DNA from: Fimbriosthenelais zetlandica
Taxonomy: Eukaryota
Length of the DNA stretch: 33,000 bases
Reading direction: 5' to 3'
Assembly (NCBI GenBank): GCA_977030845.1
Contig: OZ365116.1
Coordinates: 17,391,001-17,424,000, forward strand
This document shows positions 13,701 to 25,400 of the stretch, in pieces. The notes under the pieces are model-generated. The model worked only from the letters and a program-made list of their open reading frames with translations, searched no databases and had not been told where the DNA came from. Position 1 is the stretch's first letter. The number at the start of each line of letters is the position of its first letter. A program made the translations under genes and the position numbers.

Positions 13701-14348
13701 CGACCAAGGATATAGATTGGGTGTAATTTACTCTGGTGCGACAGCCATCTAAATGCAGATGATGAGTAGATAAGTAGATAATACAGTACTGTAGTCAGAT
13801 GGTATCAAGTAGATGTACACTTTTTCCTGAGTGGTTAAATACCTGCCATTTGTTGGTATGATTATAACCTGCAGCCGGCATTGACCGGGACGTGACCCTC
13901 TTCGACCAGCAATCCAACCAGGCAAGATTAGTTAATATGACCAGGGGGTATGTAGTGTATGGATCAACTACAAAGTATATGGCCACCTATCACGAAGGCC
14001 TCTGGTATAGAGGGTGCACTATTTCTAGAGAAAGAGTGGCATTATTCCCAACGGGAGCATATAGGTCTAAATCTACCGTAATCATAGCCTCGTAAATACA
14101 AAGTCGACAGAAGTGATTGGGTGGAACAGTATAATGGTGAAGCGAGGTAATGGAACCCGGGGGGAGCTAAACATGGTCAGTTGTAAGTCATTAAAACATT
14201 ATGCATGCTCATTACTAAGTCTTCGTCCCTAGAAAGAAGGCATACACACAATACACAGAAACAAGGTCAAGTACATATCATTAACATTATTTAAAATCAA
14301 AATCTTTTGAATAACCTTAGAAAAGGAACCGAGAATGAATAATGGGAA

Positions 14349-14417
14349 TATATAATGGTCTGAGATGGCCTTCTGTCAGCCGCGGCTGGCGGCCATTAGG
14401 CCCTATATAATGGTCTG
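14349..14417. repeat. 14-bp direct repeats flanking a 41-bp GC-rich imperfect hairpin
   Basis: TATATAATGGTCTG occurs at 14349-14362 and 14404-14417. Between them, ATGGCC (14365-70) pairs with GGCCAT (14391-96) around the perfect 12-bp palindrome CAGCCGCGGCTG (14377-88). Confidence 0.85.
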
Positions 14418-16200
14418 TAATTTACACTTACGTGTCTCCTCTAAGTGTCAAAGTGCCAAAGGATATACATACCTGCAAATAAGGAAAGGAAGGTGCATTA
14501 AGGCATCAGTATATCAAAGACAATGCAGTACTTGAGATCTCACAACAATGGCTTTATATTATATATGTGGCTTCACAAGACATTTTCATTCTCAATAACA
14601 ATTCAAGACTGTTGCATTAAGGAGTATTTGGAGATACATATATGCAACATGTATAAAGTGAATACAAGTAGGGGTTTAACTCTATATGTTAAGTTCGGTT
14701 CTAGGATTTAGCGAGGGACTCTTTAAAATAGATGCTTATCTCCCAACGTGACAGTTCTGCAGAGGAAGACATACATGTATCGATTTACAAAGTGGAGAGT
14801 TAGCATGTCAAGGCCCACTGGTGCTTCTACCAATTCCATCAAATCTAATTTAAATATTTGTAAACCAAAACCAATGTACATGCGTGTTTATACTTTTGAC
14901 ATAGTCTGCCAAGCAGATATATCAGTAGGAATGATGCACGTGAATTATTGCCCTCTAGTTCTCTCTAGTCATCCCACCCATGTCACGCTAACTCCGGCCC
15001 AGATAAGCCAACCCCCTGCGGATTTTCTCTCTACATATTCCCTGGACTTTTGGCTGAGGGCAGTCTCCCAGTTCCCCGGCTATCACCGACCTACATCTAC
15101 CAATATGACTAATGAGATGCAGCCACAGGCAATTTCAATAAAATTTACCTCACAGTAGTAAGAGAGTCCAGATGAAGTTTGGCCAAAAATCCAGAGAATC
15201 GTTGCATGCCCCCACACGATGGGACTCAGATCTGAGCCAGTGGGAGCTCATGAAACCATCCCCAGTTGGGATTTTTCAAGCTTCTTCACGACTGTACAAT
15301 CTTTCAAAGTGTCCCTGACATAGGTATCAGATTGCTCCCTTCTGCACACTTAAAGGTGATATAATATGTGAACTTTACTATCACAAAACAAGCAGTGTTT
15401 TATGGAGTGGATAACATAGATTAAGACATAGACAAGTGCTCCAATTATTCCCCAGTGTCTATTCCCCTGATTAAACCGCAGACCAATTGGGACATTACCC
15501 AAAAAGTTGAGTATGCAACTCTAGGTGCTAAAATGTCACTGACAAACACAGAAAAACACCATGGTGTCTTCTTCAAGAATGGTTGTGTTAGTTATAGATG
15601 TGCAGAGGAAACAAGGCCGATCAATGGCCTTGATAATTGTCACAGCTGAGAGTCACCCTGACTGGCATTTGTAGGTCCGATACATGAGGGGGTACGAGCA
15701 GGGCTTGCTTCCCTTCAACAATCAATCATGTCACTTGGTCCGCACAGAAAGGGCATCCTAGCTCCGACATGATACAAGGATGTCACTTCACAACGTGTTA
15801 AGAAAAGCTAGATGCTGTGCAGACACATACGCCTGAACAAAGACTCTGGATAACGTCTATCATTATATTTCTAGCTTCTTTAAGAAAATGATAATGAATG
15901 ACATACTAAGTCAGTGTTGTGGGACATAGTATTACCCTGTTGTATGGTAGACAACTTTGCTTGGCTTTTTGCATCAGATTTTATCAATAGACTGGCTATA
16001 AAAGAAGGTTTCAAGGACACGACACCATCTCCTGGATGAAACTAGCTCCAAGTGCCAGAGGCGGCAATCAGAGGGAGGGCTGGCCTAGATGTAATTCAGA
16101 ATGAGAACAGCTTCATCTAACTCCCAAAGCCTTGCACAGGATGAACCAAGTCCAGAGTATCTAACACCAAGTATATTACTCCAATAAAAGGGCCATACTT

Positions 16201-16262
16201 GGACTGGCTTAGTGGTTGTGCAATAAATGTCTCCGGCAATGCACCCAATAGTTCGACCACGC
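16201..16262 (+). mobile_element. Possible decayed tRNA-derived SINE head (Pol III A and B boxes)
   Basis: A-box TGGCTTAGTGG (16205-16215) is followed by B-box-like AGTTCGACC (16250-16258) at tRNA-like spacing. There is no full cloverleaf, CCA end or obvious tail. Confidence 0.35.
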
Positions 16263-17217
16263 AGATAGGGGTAACATTATGCATGAATCAGGGTATGAGA
16301 CTTGATCTGAATATACGCCCTATATTCTGATAGAGCTGTGTGATTTGGTAACCCAGTGTAATAACATTGACACAAGTCAATGTGAGTTCAGTGAACAAAA
16401 CAACACTGGTTTTTATCAGTGTGGGAGCCCAGAATTGAGGTGTCACTTCCAATCTATGTACGTGTTGTAGCTTCAGCCAATAGTGAAGCGCAACAGATAT
16501 TATTTATAAAATCTTCAAGATGGGGCCTTATTATAAGGAAAGGTTGTGAATTCCCTCGGAGATAGTAGACGAAATCTCATTTATAGCATGGCCATTAACA
16601 TGGAAGACATTTTGAATTAATATCTGATTAAACTTAGAAAAAATAATGTAACATATGGCAGGGTTTATCCTCGCGTACATATAGTCAGCAATGCCCTAGA
16701 GAAGGTATAAAAACGAGATTTATGATGGATGATAAAAAGAATGGAGATGAGAAAAGGATCTTGTGAGAGGATAAAATATTTTTGGATGCTGGTTCTCTTA
16801 TCCCTGATCTCAGCCAGGACAGACATCAATGGAGAGACCACCACCTGACAGTCTAATGCTCCCTGAGCAGTTCCTGAATAGCTCAGTCAGCCACAGATAT
16901 GCTCTATCAGGGGAATACCAGACAGAACGAAAATAATAACATATATATGTGCCTTGCTTTTCACTTTGTCCTGTTCTATCAAGTTTTCCATTGAAGAACA
17001 AAGGTCCCTTTGATATACATGATATTTGAATGAAGCAATAAAGGGAGGAGCAGATGTCAAAATAGTTTTAAGCAAATTTTAATAGAAACTTTACATATGT
17101 TGGATTATTGACGGGCAGGCGATTGTTGGCATTAAGTGAGCGGGTCATTTTACCTTTGTTATGGGACAAACATACTGGACAAGTTCCCTTCCTGTAACCA
17201 TGCAAATGTCATCGACA

Positions 17218-17700
17218 CACCTACCCGGCTAATGGACACAGGAAGGCGGCTGTGATTGATAAGGGAACAACAATGATATTTGATAATGTACACTGGTAGC
17301 CATGCTGCAATTGTATGCTACTGCCCATTGGTCGCATTTATGAGGGATGAAAAACAAGCCTTCCACTGATTACTGACATCCATCTGACTGGTGAAAATGG
17401 ATATAGATGAAAGCAAGTGAATATGTTGTCTGACCACGGCCGGCTTTTCATAATGTTATATGTGCAGCATCAGGTTACCAGGCATCAACTAATGGTGGCT
17501 TACTCAGGCAAAAGTAACAAATTTTGCTGACTTTGGTCTCAGTTCCACTGATCTAGTTCTATTGAAGACCTCGTGTAGAATAGCAAGACAGGAGACCAGT
17601 ATATCTCAGTTCTTCTATTCCGTCTATAATATAGCAATGCCCCGGCTCTCTCAGTCAATACTGAAGCCATTTTGCAAGGCTAGGGGTTGAATTAGGGTGT
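17218..17700 (+). mobile_element. Possible Ty3/Gypsy integrase trace
   Basis: Across frames and in canonical order: HLPG, GNNNDI, CCNC, WSHL, LSDHGRLF (17426-17449, SDNGxxF-like), SGYQASTNG (17470-17496, S.YHPxSNG-like) and VYNIA...KPF. Inter-motif spacings are about half the canonical lengths, so this may be coincidental. Confidence 0.2.
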
Positions 17701-18660
17701 AATCAGTCCAATGCCTCCTAACATCTTGTGGCTTCCCCTTCCAGAGTGAGGTGACATTTTTCTCCTGAGATATGGATTCCTCCAGGGGATCGTCCGCTAC
17801 CAGATAAGATGTGTGGACCTTACAGCTATCTACATTCCGTACTCTGGTAAAGGCTGTACATTAGATAAAATCATCTCTTCCGGCATTTTTTTTATTGACT
17901 ATTGAGCTTGGACAGATCAGAGAAGTAAGAGCTTCCTAAACTTTTGGCAATAGTTGACATAAGATGACCCGTCCTTTTGTAATTTTAATCAGCATTCTGG
18001 ATCTACCATTGCCTGAAAATAGCACTGGTGGTGCTCATTCTGAGTGAATGTGATGGGGAAAAGGCATAAAATGTCACTATTCCAATCGTGTATAGAGCTT
18101 GATTTATCGTGTACGACAAGAAAAACGTGGCGGAATAGGTATGCAATAATGACTATTGTGTGCAACATACAAATTAGTCCAACCTGACCACAGTTGTCAG
18201 TAAAAGCCTTCAAAAGGCGAGATGGCAAGTACTGGCAGGCATTCACACCACAGTGAATTCATGGCCTAGTTTGCACCTGCTCTCCACAATGTACCATCAC
18301 CAGTGATGAGGGGTTTGAGAGGTGAGTCTGACACCACCCTTAAGTCTACCTTATGCTATGGTGGTTTTTCAAACTGGTTGAATCCTGTGTAGCAGTTTGG
18401 CATCAAATATAGAGCGAACCAATGCCGACTAAATCGTTTAACCTATAAGGTATTATCTATGACCTTATGAAAATTTAGGAGCAATTTATGCAAAGGATCA
18501 TGTAGTGGGACTGGACCATTAGCCGCCTCACGCAGCTGTGTCTACCTTGGTCATTATATAGCAAGCTGGTCTCAACTATGTCCCCTTGCCAATTCATATT
18601 GGTCCCCTGAAAATAGTCAAGATGGATGGTGGCACATTGGAATAATGATCTAGACCAGAG

Positions 18661-19420
18661 CATCTGCCAAATTCAGGACAGCAAATTTCCTGCCATTGAA
18701 TTCCTACTAATTCTCTCCTCACTGCTTGGCCTTTAGATTGTATTCTGTAATATCCTGGCTTCATGGCATGAGTTCTTGGTTGGGGAATCTTTGGGAAAAA
18801 TATCTGTCATCTGCGTTTCAGAAAAAAAAGGATGACCATAAGGGGAGATGTCGGCCAATACAAGAACGTCAGGTAGCTATAGACTAGCTACCAGACAATG
18901 ACAGCCTGAGAGAAATATGTTGCCTGATATCCATATCATCGACATTGGCTGGATCAGTCCTGGCAGGACAGCGACGGCTATAAATCACACACCATCATGT
19001 ACAAGGCTGACCAACTAATAAACCTCCCAAAATATTACTGATAAATATATACCAATGTTTCCTACCTCGCTTGGTGTCCCCACGTTTTTCTTTAGTTGGG
19101 AATGGCAATGGGAATGGCGACTATCAGTGGAAGCATTTAAATGAACCAAACCAAAGGGAATCCAACAAAAAACAGGCTCAGATAAGAAAGGTCCGAAGCC
19201 AAATAGTAAATCAGCAACTAAATTACTGAGCTGCCCTACCATCTTTTTGGCCCAGAGTTATCTTGGCAAGTTTCCTATTTATGGTCCCTCATTTCTTTTT
19301 AATCAGTTTCATCAGGAGCTTGTTTTAAAGTCAGAGCAGGGTGGACATAAGTGACGACAAAAAAAAAGAAATGAAAGTACGCAACTATTTAGGAGAGGAA
19401 GATATGGCTTGGTCGTGGTC
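18661..19420 (-). mobile_element. Degenerate non-LTR (LINE; CR1/L2/Jockey-like) reverse transcriptase relic
   Basis: One frame reads *NADDRYFSQRFPNQELMP*SQDITEYNLKAKQ*GEN**EFNGRKFAVL (18820-18673). This fits YADD...LQxDI...W..N.M.FNxxKFxVL with near-canonical spacing (35 residues from DD to FN). Upstream, in the expected order but across frameshifts, are weaker traces: KPYLPLL (YRPISL-like), GQKDGRA (QHGFR-like) and LKKNVGTPSEVGNIGIYLS (L.KL..GI.G.VG.WI..FLS-like). It contains several stops. Confidence 0.5.
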
Positions 19421-22400
19421 AGCCAATTTACTGAACACAAAACGGACATCAGTAGATCCTTGAAAGCATTGAGCTCAGATTGAAAATACACTTCTGCTGC
19501 CCTCACTCATATCCCAAACATACTTTTCCACTCTACAAACCCAATAAAAATGCATTGGATGCTGCAGCAGAAATTCACTACACTGACAGTGTAAGAAAGA
19601 ATAATGTAGCCCACTGGGATCTGGACGTGTAGAGGTTCAGTCCAGTCTTACCAAAAGGCCAAAGGTAATTAGGGTCACTGTCCGGGTCCAGCAGACGAGG
19701 TGATTTATTTGTACACCCTAAGACTGGAATCGGCATGAGGTTGGCGGAGGTCGGTAAATCACAGTGATCCGTGGAGGCTTCTTAGCTGAATGAACAAAAG
19801 CACATGGGATGCTTTATCCAGGGATCATATTGGTCTGTATCATTCTGAGGGTGAGAAAATTACAAATAAGCTTCACTTATCTCAGGCTGTTAGAAGCAAG
19901 AGGCATAGCACGGAGCACTGCTGTGCTAAGGTGAAACACTATTCCCGGGATAAAATGGATTTTGTTAGAGGCTCAGAAAAAGGCCAGAGAGGGTCAGGGA
20001 AGAGTAAAACAAATTGACCGGTACGTGACGAATGACAGGAATAACAAGGAGGGGAGAAAAAACATGATGGTTCCAGAGAACGGAGGAGAGAAGGAAACAA
20101 GAAGGTTAGGCTACACGAGGATCCATGAGGAACAAGCCAAAAGTGTATATTAGTAGAAAAACAGGGATCAGATCTGGGTGAGAGGCTGTTTGGGGGAGAA
20201 AAGTATATAGGGAGGAATTATATTTTTCTTAAATATTAATGAGGGAAATAGGGAGAAAGAGCTTAATAAAGGGACCAAGACGAGCAAAGTGTAGGGAAGA
20301 ATGTTATAAGTGGTAGGAGTATTAAGTATGATAGGAGATATATTTGCAGGCCATGGTCATGAAGAAGATAAATGACCGACATGCATTAAGCAATTAAAGC
20401 CAACACATCTTTTCATTCAGCCCTCCTCTCTCACATTAACATTTGATCGACAACAGAGAGAACGATGCCGAGGTAAAGAAATGAGATCTCCTGTACCACA
20501 AAAAGATGGGCTGCATTTATAAGGTTAATGTAAGAAGGAAACCATCTTTGATGTGTATTACAGAAATACATAAAGTGCATCTAAGGCCATCCATTATTGT
20601 AGGTCACATTGTAACATGACATCTGAAAGGTATACCCGGAGGCAAAGGCAAGTACACAACACTATATAACAATTGTAGGACACAGCTTGGTTTAAATTAT
20701 ATAGAAACAAGATCGGCTATAACCATATTTATAAACTGATAAAATAAGAAACTGTAGGAGTAACCAATTTGCATATCTGATGGGAAAAAAATGATATCAT
20801 GACCGGAAAGCATGCACCATACATGCCCTTTGTCATATACCAGTATATAACTTGTAACTGATATTTGCTATACAAGCTTTTGTTCCCTTTACATACAGTG
20901 AGTCTGCCCCTCTTTAACCTAATCCATCTACCTTACTTTAAAAGGTGCAGTACATGTATAACCTAGCACAAATACACTAACCTTATCTATTAACCCCAGT
21001 TTCATGATCATACGCTGACATTTTCTAAGCCAGGGATGCTAGAGAATAGAGAAAAGCTGCCTGGGGGATATAGATAGTGTAATGAAAGGTCCCAAGTTAC
21101 AAAGTATTGATCATATAGGGGTGCTGTGAAATATTATGAAGTGCAGACAGAGTGATCTGTCTGATTCTTTGCCCTACATCATGGCGTGTGCACTGACTAG
21201 TGTGGCAAACTGCCAGGTAAAAACCTAACAAAAACTCTCCTTTGGGAGCTGGTAAGGAGTAGCACTGAGGCATTTCGCCAGCGTTTCTATGTTGAGAACA
21301 TCAAAGGAAGTAGATCAGTAAAATTTAATCTATACCACTCGGTTTTAACAAGGCTCCTGGGGAACCTGTCAAAAAATGGTGCATTTTTTCTTGTTGGTAC
21401 ATTTTCTCCATGAATGTAGTGATGTTTGATCTATTTTTACACGTCAATACATGTTTTGTTATCTCTTAAAACAGATAAAGCACTCCGAGTATACATAGAT
21501 AGTACAGGTATGCCCCCCCACTCACTGCAAATTCCTATTCCTATATACTACTTGCAAATAAGTGGCTATAAGACCTACGTTATGCATGTGATATGTTGTA
21601 TACAGACTCTATGTAGGACATAATCAAGCATGACCCAAGACCTCACATTTCCTATCTATACAGTAGTACAGTCCTAGGAACTGAAATGAAAATTGTCATA
21701 TATAATTGCTATCCGAATTAACTAGATGCAAACATTTGTCAAAAGTGCAACAGATTGTACAAAGAACTACTGTTCAGGCCACTATCATCAATAACCTATG
21801 TACTGACCATTGTATCTTCAGGCACGGTTTGTCTGCGCTGAAAGAGGGATGAACATGAAACATTAAAATATTGGGAGAGTCAAGGAATGAAACGGTCAAG
21901 CAATTATGATAAGACACAAAGTAGAGAGATTCAACCTCCCGAGGTGAACAAGTGGCTGCCATAGAGACGTGACTTCTGAATAAAAACGACACACGTTGAG
22001 ACAAAATGTCGATCCACATCAGCCAAGACAAACAACGAAAGTTGAGGACTTTTTTTAACGTCCCCGATGTATGCTTCTTTTAGGAAAGGACGGTCAAATA
22101 CATACTGCAGATTATCATTTAATCACGAAACAATTTATCATATTTAAGGGCGGAGAAATGTCACCCACAGAGGATTGTAATGAAAGAAGTAAAAGTATGA
22201 GGGTACTCCATCCTGGCAGGACATGAGAAACTGGTGATTGAGCACTTACATAAATGTTAGAAATGTGTAGTTCTGATGTCAGTGCCTTAATATGTGTATA
22301 CAATAGGGAGTCACCCCTCTCAGATGTATTTTGGTTAGATGTGTTGTTTTATTCACAATAACATGGCAGCCTCAATCGTTTATGTTGCCAGCTTTGCTTG

Positions 22401-25400
22401 CCTCACCATATATTTTTACGGCGTGCCTTTTTATGAACCACATCCATAAAACTGTGAGCCTTGGCGGGACGAGGGATAAAGGTTCTACAGTTTCCCTCAG
22501 CAATAAGATCTCGTCAGTCACAGGTGATTACAGGCGTGTAAAGTGTACACAAGCTTCTCCCGTACTCCATGGCCAGTTGGTAGTCGAGTTGTAAATCTGC
22601 ACATGAAAAGCCGACAGCCTAATGTAAGGTATCCTAGCAATGGGATTAGATGGTCCATCGTAGTAGGGAATCTCTATTTATTACTCATGATATTCATCGC
22701 CCGTTTTTACATGAACACGCGCGTGTTCTTCCATCTATCAGAATCTTTATTTCATTGCCATCGGGATCCATCATGTTATTTTACACCCTTGTTCTCGTTA
22801 TGGTCGGCCGAGGTTCAATATATTATTGGCTATATTGAATGAATTTAAGCATCATTATATGCAGCTGTCATTACAAGAAGATATCTTCATATAACCCAAT
22901 TGACATTACTCCCTATATGATAATCTGGTTGTAATATAATAGGATATACTCTATTATTCTTAGCTTAAACATTGCACCTTTTTTCCGATGAACACTTGAG
23001 AACGGAGAATAGTAAAATGTAAAAAACTGGGATAGCTGAAGCAGAGACGTTGAAGGTGAGGGTGGATGAAGATAACAGGTCAAGTCTGTTATCAAACAGG
23101 TGCAGTACCTTCTTGCCCACCTCTTTATTTTCAGATGAGGACCCGGCAAGCAGCCCCCCTGGGAAGGAGGAAACAATGGGTGCAGCTGGCTGAAGTAATT
23201 GTTAGGCTGCGTTTTCTATCTGACCAATATTCAAAATCAGAATAAATACACCAGGTTTGTGTAAAGGAGGCAGGAGGGAGAAATGAACATGACTATTATT
23301 GTATGTCCTTGTGAAAGCATAACGGTTCTCTTCTATATTATGCCAAAATAAGACTGCAATAGGAATGGGACAATTTGAACCCTTGTTGGAAGAGAAATGT
23401 AGTAATTGATGGAACCCAAGAACTTGGCTGCCATTAATATGGCCTAACATGGGACCCCATCCTTCTTACCCTCGGTAGCCTTGTCAGCATTTTTGAGAAT
23501 GCACAGTGGCTTGTTGAGAGGGACCCGTGGCTTTGCACAGAGTTCATTCACACATTCCATTATAGGCAGCACAAGCCATCAGCCTAAGAAAGATGTCGTG
23601 ACCCGCATGCATAGAGAACGGCAGTAATTTGGCATACAGGAATTATTAGTCTTCCTCCTACAGTAGGTGAAGTAATAGTAATATAACTTGATTAACAGAC
23701 CCTGGTCCTGTCAGGACTAACATAGCTGGTTTTTAAACAGGTTACATAGATTCATGTAATCTATAAAGCCATGTTTTAAAGGTCGAGTTATGAATGTTGA
23801 ACATCGCCTTTTACTTGCATCAAAGACAACCATATCTTTACAACTCTAATAGCCAATAGCTATAAAAGCTCAATGTATCAGTACAGGGGATGGGATAAGG
23901 CAAATCATTCCACTTTTTCCCATGAACGTAAATAAAAAGTCACAGAACGTGATGAGAAACACAGTAATACGACTCCTCACAGTCTCTGCCAGTAGACTTT
24001 TTCATAATGTCTTTACCAATCCATGCCCCTTTTTGAACGTCAATGCACAGGAATGTGTGCATCACACCTATGCCCAGCCCCTGCTGTCATGCACAGATTG
24101 AAATTCACACGTTGGTAAGTATAGGCACAGCTTCCTGAATGGCGCATCCAAGGAGTGAATCCCTGAATTGTGGATGGAATGCGAGTCACATCGTTCTGGT
24201 ATAAAATTACCTGTCACTCACAAGTCTTCTTGAAAATAAAAATTGCATTAGACCATCAGTATTCCATAAGAATGGTCTAGATCTGTCTTCTTGCATGTAT
24301 GAGGAATTCTGCTACTCTAGGAGGCAGTTTTTTCATGTTAGGTTAGTATAAGATTGTGGTGTTTGGTAGATTATATATAAGCATGGGATTTTCTTTGAGA
24401 AAAAGAAAGCATTGGAGAGGTAAGAAGGACTGATAAGAAAGGTGAATGGTTAATTTCCCAGGGGGAAATAAAGATCTGAAGTCAGCAAGTGACAGTTCTC
24501 CCCTGTGACCTCAGGCTCAAGCATTGACCTATTTGCTTATAGGTCAGTGGGGCGACTTAAATGGTCATAAGGGAATCAAGGTCAGCTTAACATTGTCATA
24601 CACCACACACAGTACAGGGCACAGTGAACATGTACCCGAAAAATATTCATGGCAGGCCCCGAGTCTAGCCATGGATTGATTTGCTATTTTTCCTCTCTGG
24701 TTCCTTTCCCAACAGCAGATAGCAAGTACAGTTATACTAGTAATAGGATGCAGACCCAAGTGAAACACTTGGCCAGAGGGGTGTTCAGATACCGACGTCA
24801 TCATAAATTAACAAATCAATACACACATCACATCATCTATTAATTAACAGGCCAGGACAAAGCCAGGAGGCTATTGCAAACTAAGAAAACGGATGTAGTA
24901 CTTGCATCCATGCCCTTCAGGCTCTCTCCTATAGGGCTTATATTCCAATCAAGACTTCATTTTCTTCGTCATTTGTATTTCGACAAAGAAGAATAAATTG
25001 ACTATCACCCGAAGGTGTCCCCCCTTCTTATCGAAGTCCATTTTAACCACAAAGTCAACGTAGAATATTAGTGAAGGCGCAAGGTATGTAGCTAATGCAT
25101 GTATTCAAAAGTAGGATAATGTTGGCCAATAGAATAGATTCATCGAATACAGAAATAGGCGTAATGTACCCATTGCCTTACTCTTGGCTTTTAACCTTTT
25201 AGGATAAATGTACACTTCTAGGAAAAAAACAAGAGTGTCATATGCCAAAGGATTAGTGAAGTGTCCTGATGCTAAGATGGCTTAATACTCGTGCACCTGT
25301 GAAGTCAATCTAAAGGCAGTATGGCTTCCTGAAGCTGCCGCCCTGTCTGTATACTACAAGCTTTCTACAGATCAGCAAGCCACCTGTGATAGTCGAAGAT

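Noticed and set aside
13892-14095. Tudor-like MATYHEGLWYRG in a plus-strand ORF
   Set aside because: The rest of the Tudor signature (V.FVDYG) is absent and there are no good flanking splice sites.
14950-15290. Tc1/mariner-like strings SDLSPIVWG and GGWLIWAGVS on the minus strand
   Set aside because: They occur in the reverse of the canonical order, with no DD34E residues or terminal inverted repeats visible.
3480-16730. Long frames interrupted only by TAA/TAG (e.g. minus 7920-7458, minus 3920-3470, plus 16310-16720), suggesting a TAR=Gln genetic code
   Set aside because: With TGA as the only stop, frames of 140-150 codons are expected many times by chance in six frames of 33 kb. None resembles a known protein, and the one good exon needs no recoding.
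22713-22728. Perfect 16-bp palindrome GAACACGCGCGTGTTC
   Set aside because: Roughly one palindrome of this length is expected by chance in 33 kb, and there is no associated structure.
22690-22775. VOC/glyoxalase-like DPDGNEI on the minus strand
   Set aside because: The frame is closed by stops a few codons upstream and about 20 codons downstream, so it is treated as coincidence.
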